Assembly: GCA_050633305.1 (NCBI GenBank)
Contig: JBOEGF010000005.1
Coordinates: 384,001-448,000 of the forward strand
Length of the DNA: 64,000 nt
Source: Nannocystales bacterium
Lineage (GTDB): Bacteria > Myxococcota_A > Polyangia > Nannocystales > Nannocystaceae
Reading direction: 5' to 3'
In this document: positions 57,912 through 64,000 of the stretch, piece after piece
How positions within the stretch are numbered: position 1 is the first letter of the stretch
Layout of the letters: each line of letters opens with the position of its first letter
The notes under the pieces: model-generated
Told to the model about the DNA's origin: nothing
Database searches by the model: none
What the model saw: the letters and a program-made list of their open reading frames with translations, nothing else
Translations under genes and position numbers: made by a program

Positions 57912-59879
57912 ATGCTGTCCCACGCTGCTCGTCTCTGTGTTGCCGCGCTGCTGGTCTCGACGACCGTCGGCGCCTGTGATTCGACCAAACCCGCCCCCAA
58001 GGCGACGAAGCCGGATGCGGAGGCAGCCGACAAGGCGGCCGCCGACGCGAAGGCCGTCAAAGATCAGGCGGCCAAGCGTGTCGCGATCGACCCCAACGGC
58101 AAGGCGGGGAAGAGCCCGTTCGAGAAGAAGTCGGACAAGACGCCCGAGCAAGCCAAGACGTTTGCGGAGAAAACCGACAAAGAACTCAAGGAGCTTTGGA
58201 CGCGCTCGGCCAAGGCACAGTGGACCAAGGCCACGGACATCACCGACGAGCACGACAAGGCCGCCGCGCTGCTCACCGCAGAGGTGATGGCGTACGAGAC
58301 CAAGGCGATCGCCGAAGCTGCGACGTTCGATGGCGTGAAGGCCGAGCCGGACGTTCGTCGGCAGATCGACCTCCTCAAAGTCTCGAGCACCGTCCCGGCT
58401 CCCGACGACGAGGTGAAGCGGAAGCAGCTCGCCGACATCACATCAAAGCTGGAGAGCACCTACGGCAAGGGGAAGTTCTGCACCAATCCCGACGACGACA
58501 AGACCTGCAAGGACCTGGGCGAGCTCTCCGACGTATTGGCGACCAGTCGGGACTACGACGAGCAGCTCGCGGCCTGGGAGGGCTGGCGCACGATCTCCGT
58601 GCCCATGAAGGAGGACTACACCAGGTTCGTCGAACTGGGGAACGAGGGTGCCAAGGCGATCGGATTCTCGGACATGGGCGTGCTGTGGCGCAGCCGATAC
58701 GACATGTCCCCAGAGGCGTTCGAGCAGGAGATGGACCGGTTGTGGGGGCAGGTCAAGCCGCTGTACGAGCAGCTGCACTGCCACATTCGCGCGTCACTGA
58801 GCGAGAAATACGGTGCCGACAAGGTCCCCGCCGACGGCATGATCCCCGCGCACCTCTCGGGCAACATGTGGACGCAGGACTTCATCAACCTGTACCCGAT
58901 GCTCGAGCCTCACAAGGGGCAGCCCAGCATCGACGTCACCAAGGCGCTCAAGAAGAAGAAGACCACCGAGGTCGAGATGGTGAAGATGGGCGAGGCCTTC
59001 TTCACATCGATGGGCCTCAACCCGCTGCCGGATACGTTCTGGGAGCGCTCGATGTTCGTCAAACCGAAGGATCGTGACGCCGTCTGTCATGCCAGCGCGT
59101 GGGACGTGACCTCGAACAACGATCTGCGCATCAAGATGTGCATCAAGATCAACCACGAGGACCTCGTGACGATCCACCACGAGCTTGGGCACAACTACTA
59201 CTACAACAACTACTTCACGAAGCCGGTCCTGTTCCAACAGGGCGCGCACGACGGCTTTCACGAGGCGATCGGCGATGCCATCGCACTGTCGATCACACCG
59301 AAGTATCTCAACGAAATCGGCCTTCTCGGGAAGGTCTCCGAGAGCGATGAGGCGGTGGTCAACAAGCAGATGCAGGACGCGTTGGCGAAGATCGCCTTCC
59401 TGCCGTTTGGCAAGATGATCGACCAGTGGCGCTGGGACGTGTTCTCCGGGAAGGTGAAACCCGAGCAGTACAACGCGCACTGGTGGAAGCTTCGCGCCAA
59501 GTACCAGGGGGTCATGCCGCCGACGGCGCGCTCCGAAGAGCACTTCGATCCCGGCGCGAAGTACCACATCCCCGCCAACACCCCGTACGCCCGCTACTTC
59601 ATGGCGCACATCCTTCAGTTCCAATTTCACAAGGCGATGTGCCAAGCCGCCGGGCACGAAGGGCCACTTCACACCTGCTCGGTCTACGGCAGCAAGGAGG
59701 CCGGCGCGAAATTGGCCGCCATGCTGGAGATGGGCAGCAGCCAGCCGTGGCCTGATGCGCTCGAGAAGCTCACGGGAACGCGCGAGATGGATGGCGCTGC
59801 GGTCGTCGAGTACTTCGCGCCACTCATGGGATACCTGAAGGAGCAGAACGAAGGTCGCAGCTGCGGCTGGGATGGTTGA
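57912..59879 (+). CDS. M2 family (ACE-like) peptidyl-dipeptidase lipoprotein
   Basis: CHASAWD, HHELGH, GFHEAIGD, FDPGAKYHIP, YARYF; VGAC lipobox. Confidence 0.95.
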   Translation: MLSHAARLCVAALLVSTTVGACDSTKPAPKATKPDAEAADKAAADAKAVKDQAAKRVAIDPNGKAGKSPFEKKSDKTPEQAKTFAEKTDKELKELWTRSAKAQWTKATDITDEHDKAAALLTAEVMAYETKAIAEAATFDGVKAEPDVRRQIDLLKVSSTVPAPDDEVKRKQLADITSKLESTYGKGKFCTNPDDDKTCKDLGELSDVLATSRDYDEQLAAWEGWRTISVPMKEDYTRFVELGNEGAKAIGFSDMGVLWRSRYDMSPEAFEQEMDRLWGQVKPLYEQLHCHIRASLSEKYGADKVPADGMIPAHLSGNMWTQDFINLYPMLEPHKGQPSIDVTKALKKKKTTEVEMVKMGEAFFTSMGLNPLPDTFWERSMFVKPKDRDAVCHASAWDVTSNNDLRIKMCIKINHEDLVTIHHELGHNYYYNNYFTKPVLFQQGAHDGFHEAIGDAIALSITPKYLNEIGLLGKVSESDEAVVNKQMQDALAKIAFLPFGKMIDQWRWDVFSGKVKPEQYNAHWWKLRAKYQGVMPPTARSEEHFDPGAKYHIPANTPYARYFMAHILQFQFHKAMCQAAGHEGPLHTCSVYGSKEAGAKLAAMLEMGSSQPWPDALEKLTGTREMDGAAVVEYFAPLMGYLKEQNEGRSCGWDG

Positions 59880-59900
59880 GCGGGTCGGTGGGCTCCGAAC

Positions 59901-59957
59901 GTCCTCGGGGGAAGGCAATCCGCGTTGCGAATCGCTTCCGGCCTCCCCGCGATTTCG
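59901..59957. repeat. REP-like intergenic element, copy 1
   Basis: Reverse complement closely matches 62814-62870 (shared core cggaagcgattcgcaa). Confidence 0.7.
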
Positions 59958-60036
59958 CGTCGTGAATCACTTGGTGTGAGCCAGCCCTTTCTCGCGAACC
60001 CCGAACCCGGTTATGTTCCGGGGCTTCGGGGTTCTT

Positions 60037-61077
60037 ATGCGTCGCGTTTGTCTTGTCGTTTCTTGCATTGCTGTACTCGGGCTCGGGTGTAGCTCCGAGG
60101 TGATCAATCCGTTCTCCAGCGCCACGATGGGCGCGATGGAGAGCAGCTCGGGCGCAGCGCCCGACTCGACTTCGGGCCCGCGGACGACAGGGATCAGCGG
60201 GGCCAGCATCAGCGCGAGTGGTGGGTCGACGACAGACGACGCATCGTCGAGCACCGCGTCTTCAGGCCAGGTGGATTCAAGCTCGACCACCGTGGTCGAA
60301 ACGACCACCGGAACTGTCGACGAAACAACCACTGGCGGTGTCGATGAGACGACCACCGGTGTGATCGACGAGTCGACATCGTCCTCGTCGAGTTCCAGTT
60401 CGTCGAGTTCCAGCTCGTCGAGCTCCAGTTCGTCGAGCTCGAGCTCCTCCACGGGGGACGCCTGCGACCAGCCTCCCACCGACTACGATGACTGCTTCAA
60501 CTCGGGCAACGGGGTTTGTGATGAACCGAACTCCACATGCCTGCTCGACGACGTGATGGCCCCGACCCATGGCGCTTGTGCGGCGCTGGAGTGCGTCGAG
60601 GACTGCGACTGCCCTGCAGCTCCCGATACCGGGACGGCCGAGTCGGTCTGCGGGGACATTTTGTCCGGAGGCGGCACGGCTTGTATTCTCGATTGCTCGG
60701 GCGGTGCGACGTGTCCCGATGGCATGAACTGCATCGGCAACCAGGTGTGCATGTGGCCCGACTTGGTCTGCGACGACCCGCCGCCGGAGGGCGTCTATGG
60801 CGACTGCCTCACCGAGGGCAACGGCGTGTGCAACAACTTGTCTGCGACCTGCCTGCAAGACGACACGATGGCCCCGACCGTGGGCGTGTGCGCTCCGCAG
60901 GGGTGTGAGACGGACTGCGACTGTCCTGCGGCCCCCGCAACCGGAGACGCGACCGTATCGTGTGGGACGATCGTGGATGGTGGCGGGAATGCCTGCTTCC
61001 TCAGCTGCTCCGCGGGCGAGACGTGCCCCGACAGCATGGTCTGCTTCGACGACTTCCTGTGCATGTGGATGCCGTAG
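60037..61077 (+). CDS. Cys-rich lipoprotein with Ser/Thr linker and two tandem Cys-rich domains
   Basis: GLGC lipobox; two repeats of DCDCPAAP.TG.A...C..C.L.C..G.TCPD.M.C. Confidence 0.82.
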   Translation: MRRVCLVVSCIAVLGLGCSSEVINPFSSATMGAMESSSGAAPDSTSGPRTTGISGASISASGGSTTDDASSSTASSGQVDSSSTTVVETTTGTVDETTTGGVDETTTGVIDESTSSSSSSSSSSSSSSSSSSSSSSSSTGDACDQPPTDYDDCFNSGNGVCDEPNSTCLLDDVMAPTHGACAALECVEDCDCPAAPDTGTAESVCGDILSGGGTACILDCSGGATCPDGMNCIGNQVCMWPDLVCDDPPPEGVYGDCLTEGNGVCNNLSATCLQDDTMAPTVGVCAPQGCETDCDCPAAPATGDATVSCGTIVDGGGNACFLSCSAGETCPDSMVCFDDFLCMWMP

Positions 61078-61199
61078 GCCGCCGCGAGATCGCGGGATAG
61101 GCGGTGCCCGCCCTCGCTTTGCTCCTGGGGGCGGGAGGCTCTGGGCTGTCGTGTTTTTCCTGCGTCCGAGAGGGGTTTGTATGCAACCGTCGTGGCGTC

Positions 61200-62779
61200 A
61201 TGCATGTCGCCCGGATCTCGCGTTCTCTGCTTGCCGCGCTGTCGCTTCTCGCCATCACCGGTTGTGACGACCTTCTCGGAGGGTCGTCGGACGACCAGGC
61301 CGAGGCGACGAAGTCCGAGCCCTCGGAGACGGAGGAAAAGAAGGACGAGGCGGAGAAGGAGGCCGACGGCGAGCCCGAGCCCGTCGCGGTTGTGAAGCCG
61401 GACCTTCCTCCGGAAGCGCCGAAGGAGATCGCAGGGCTGCCGTGCTCCGATGGCACAGTTGCTCGAGGCGCCGCTCCCCCCGACGGACATGAAGCGTGGT
61501 GCGAGAAGCCTGCTGATGGGGATGGAGTCGGTGTGCGGCACGGACGGTTTATCCGGTGGCACGACGCTTCGGAGCAGAAGTGGCGCGAGGGCGACTACCG
61601 TGACGGCAAGCGGCACGGCTCATGGACGACCTGGCACGAGGGCGGTGAAAAGGCCGAGGAGGGGGAGTACGCGGACGACCTGAAGTCCGGTGCTTGGACC
61701 CACTACGGCGCGGACGGAAAGAAGACATCCGAGGCTCAGTTTCGGGATGGAAAACGTCAGGGCACCTCCAAGACGTTCTTTGCAGACGGGACACCGGAGA
61801 CTCAGTCGGAGTTCAAGGATGACGTCGAGACCGGAACGTTCGTTCGCTTTCACACCAACGGAAAGAAGGCCGAGGAGGGCGCATACAAGGAGGGCCGGAA
61901 GGACGGGACGTGGCGTACGTTCGACGAGTCCGAGGCTTCGCTGACCGAGGAGGTTTGGAAGGATGGAGTGCTCGAGCCGAGTGACACGATCTGTGGCGAG
62001 GAACTCGTGGCTGGGGGCGCGGCCCCTCCAAAGGGGCTGGAGCAGTGGTGTGAAACCAAGGGCGGCAAGCGCCAGGGGCCCTACAACAAGTGGTTCGAGG
62101 CGAAGACCGAAGACACGCCCCAACTCGAACTCACCGGCTCCTACGACGACGGCCAGAAGACCGGCAAATGGAGCACGTACTACGAGGACGGCGACCTTCG
62201 CGAAGAGGTGACGTACCGAGAGAACCGCCGCGAGGGCGAGTTCCTGGGCTACTGGCAAAATGCGCAGAAGCGGGTCGAGGGCGAGTACTGGGACAACCGA
62301 AAGCAGGGGGCCTGGACGTACTGGTACGGCGGTGGCCAGAAGAACGAGGAGGGCGACTTCAAGCGCGGTCAGAAGCAGGGCGAGTGGCTAGGCTGGCACC
62401 CCGGCGGGGAGCGTCGTTACATCGAGAACTACAGCGACGGCAAGCGAGAGGGCCTGGCTGAGACCTTCCACAAAAACGACAAGCTCGAGTCCAAGGGCAA
62501 GTACAAGGACGACAAGAAGCACGGCAAGTGGACGTTCTTCGACGACACCGGAAAGAAGACCGGGACCTCCAAGTTCATCGCCGGTGAAGAGACCGAGGCG
62601 GACGAGGTCCCCGTGAAGCCGGACCCCAAGCCAGATACAAAGCCGGACACCAAACCAGACACGAAGCCGGACCCCAAACCAGATCCGAAGCCTCCCGTGC
62701 CGACGCCGGACGCGAAGAAGAAAAAGAAGAAGGGCAAGAAGGGGAAAAGAAGAAGGGCAAGAAGGGGAAGAAGAAGTAG
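61200..62779 (+). CDS. MORN-variant/YwqK-like repeat lipoprotein; 3' end frameshifted by a 23-bp duplication (literal ORF runs to 62912)
   Basis: ITGC lipobox; many EGxYxDGK+xGxW repeats; KPDT/KPDP repeats; Lys-rich tail. Confidence 0.8.
62722..62767. repeat. Perfect 23-bp tandem duplication aaaagaagaagggcaagaagggg
   Basis: 62722-62744 is identical to 62745-62767. Confidence 0.9.
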
Positions 62780-62813
62780 GCCAAGCGATTCGCGGGCCAA
62801 GCGATTCGCAGTC

Positions 62814-62870
62814 CGAATCGCGGGGGAGGGCGGAAGCGATTCGCAAAGCGAATTGCGTGCCCTCGAGGAC
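62814..62870. repeat. REP-like intergenic element, copy 2 (inverted relative to copy 1)
   Basis: Matches the reverse complement of 59901-59957; preceded by two extra ccaagcgattcgc units. Confidence 0.7.
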
Positions 62871-62896
62871 CTCCGCAGACCTCCTCCCCCGATCCC

Positions 62897-63484
62897 CTAC
62901 GCCGGGATGTGAAAGCAGATCCCGCCGTCGCAGGTCATCCCGTCCGGACACGTCTGCCCTGCGTCGCACGCCAACACGCATGCCGTCCCACCACCCTTGA
63001 GCGTCTCGCGGCAGACCGACGGCGCGTCCCCGCTGGGCGGTGCGTTGAAGCAGTCGCAGTCGTCGACGCAGTCGCGGATCATGCAGACGTTCGAGCCCTC
63101 GGTGGGTCCGTTGAGACAGCCCACTGTGCCGACGGACGCTCCGGTGCCCATGTAGTTGCATTGCGTGTTGTCGGTGCCACCGTTCTCATCCACGCAGGCG
63201 TTGTACTCGCCGATGACCGGTGGGTCGCACGCGTTGGGGTTGCCCGTCGAGCTGCTGCCCTCTGCCACGCCGGTGGAGCTGCTTCCCTCTGCCACGCCGG
63301 TGGAGCTTCCTGAGCTGCTCCCGGATGTCGTCCCTGGATCCGTCGTGGTCCCCCCTGTGCCCGCGGAGTTCGTGGTCGTCCCGGACGCCATGCCCGTGCT
63401 TCCCGGGGCTCCGGTATCGTCCCCATCGCCGTCACAGGCCCCTAGAAGCAACACAGCGGCACATCCCAAGACAAAACGCGTCAT
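62897..63484 (-). CDS. Cys-rich lipoprotein, single-domain paralog of 60037-61077
   Basis: LGAC lipobox; CVDDCDCFNAPPSGDAPSVC..CVLACDAGQTCPDGMTC. Confidence 0.82.
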   Translation of the reverse strand: MTRFVLGCAAVLLLGACDGDGDDTGAPGSTGMASGTTTNSAGTGGTTTDPGTTSGSSSGSSTGVAEGSSSTGVAEGSSSTGNPNACDPPVIGEYNACVDENGGTDNTQCNYMGTGASVGTVGCLNGPTEGSNVCMIRDCVDDCDCFNAPPSGDAPSVCRETLKGGGTACVLACDAGQTCPDGMTCDGGICFHIPA

Positions 63485-63549
63485 TCCCCGAGTATCTCGC
63501 ACGCACGGCGCGCCCCACAACTCCCGTGCGGAACGTATGCTCCGCGCCG

Positions 63550-64000
63550 ATGCGACGCCTTTCGCTCCTGCTCCTGCACATGGTCATTGCAGGCGGCTGT
63601 GCCCACGAGGCAGCCTCGAAGGTTGTGGACCCTTTGCTGCTGGCCGAGGGGACGATGCTCGAACGAAGCTCGGGGTCTCGAGGAGGCTTCGTGCTCGGCG
63701 ACTTCACCTTCGAGCGGACGAACCTCGATCGGACACCCGCGCCCAACGCCAGCACCGGGCTCTCGCCGGACGGTCTCAGCCGGCCGGCGGAGCGGCTCGA
63801 TTTGCAGATGACGATGTTGGCTGAGGACCGCCGGTGGACGGGGGTATGCAAGGCGTTGCGGGAACCAACCGGGCGCCAGGACTACGCCGCGGTGACCGAA
63901 GAATTCCACGACATGGTGCAGATCGACTGCACCTTCGAGAGCGGCGCCAGCACTTGGAGCTTCGCGATGAAGGGATCGCTCGCGACGAACCTAGGCGGCA
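63550..64000 (+). CDS. Putative lipoprotein, truncated by the window end
   Basis: MRRLSLLLLHMVIAGGC...; frame open to 64000 (absent from the ORF track because it has no stop). Confidence 0.7.
   Translation, partial: MRRLSLLLLHMVIAGGCAHEAASKVVDPLLLAEGTMLERSSGSRGGFVLGDFTFERTNLDRTPAPNASTGLSPDGLSRPAERLDLQMTMLAEDRRWTGVCKALREPTGRQDYAAVTEEFHDMVQIDCTFESGASTWSFAMKGSLATNLGG

Noticed and set aside
62738..62750. Programmed -1 ribosomal frameshift at GGGGAAAA
   Set aside because: Not in the canonical X XXY YYZ phase; the exact 23-bp duplication explains the shift more simply

Overview
GC-rich bacterial DNA with about 45 CDSs and no rRNA, tRNA, CRISPR array or transposase that I can see. Gene content points to a myxobacterium, probably Nannocystaceae-like (inference): three Hanks-type Ser/Thr kinases, sigma-54 activators, many lipoproteins with Ser/Thr/Gly-rich linkers, a TSP3-OmpA and a tandem DsbA. 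Main blocks: (1) 1-8.5 kb, a sigma-54 activator between two outward-facing sigma-54 promoters, driving a porin/PAS kinase/adenylate cyclase/Ser-Thr kinase operon and a receiver+Hpt operon. (2) 14-19.5 kb, a DsbA + three TlpA + DUF6029-like beta-barrel thiol-redox operon. (3) 21.9-29.3 kb, a probable translation-stress region: an hflX paralog coupled to an ABC-F behind a short uORF (MRFFNFV), and a divergent orphan EF-Tu behind a complete uORF/antiterminator/terminator attenuator. (4) 38-46.7 kb, an NmpRSU-like signalling module with a degenerate activator, followed by two Rieske-fused enzymes (glutamate-synthase FMN domain; DUF5996-like + ThDP enzyme). (5) 51-56 kb, an orphan contractile-injection/T6SS-type cassette whose candidate effector has a flavoprotein-like fold plus a helix-hairpin-helix domain, followed by a TIGR02996-like candidate immunity gene. 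(6) 56.5-64 kb, a methyltransferase, an M2 peptidase, Cys-rich and MORN-repeat lipoproteins, and a REP-like repeat pair. All family calls come from reading motifs by eye; no database searches were run, and start codons were chosen manually.
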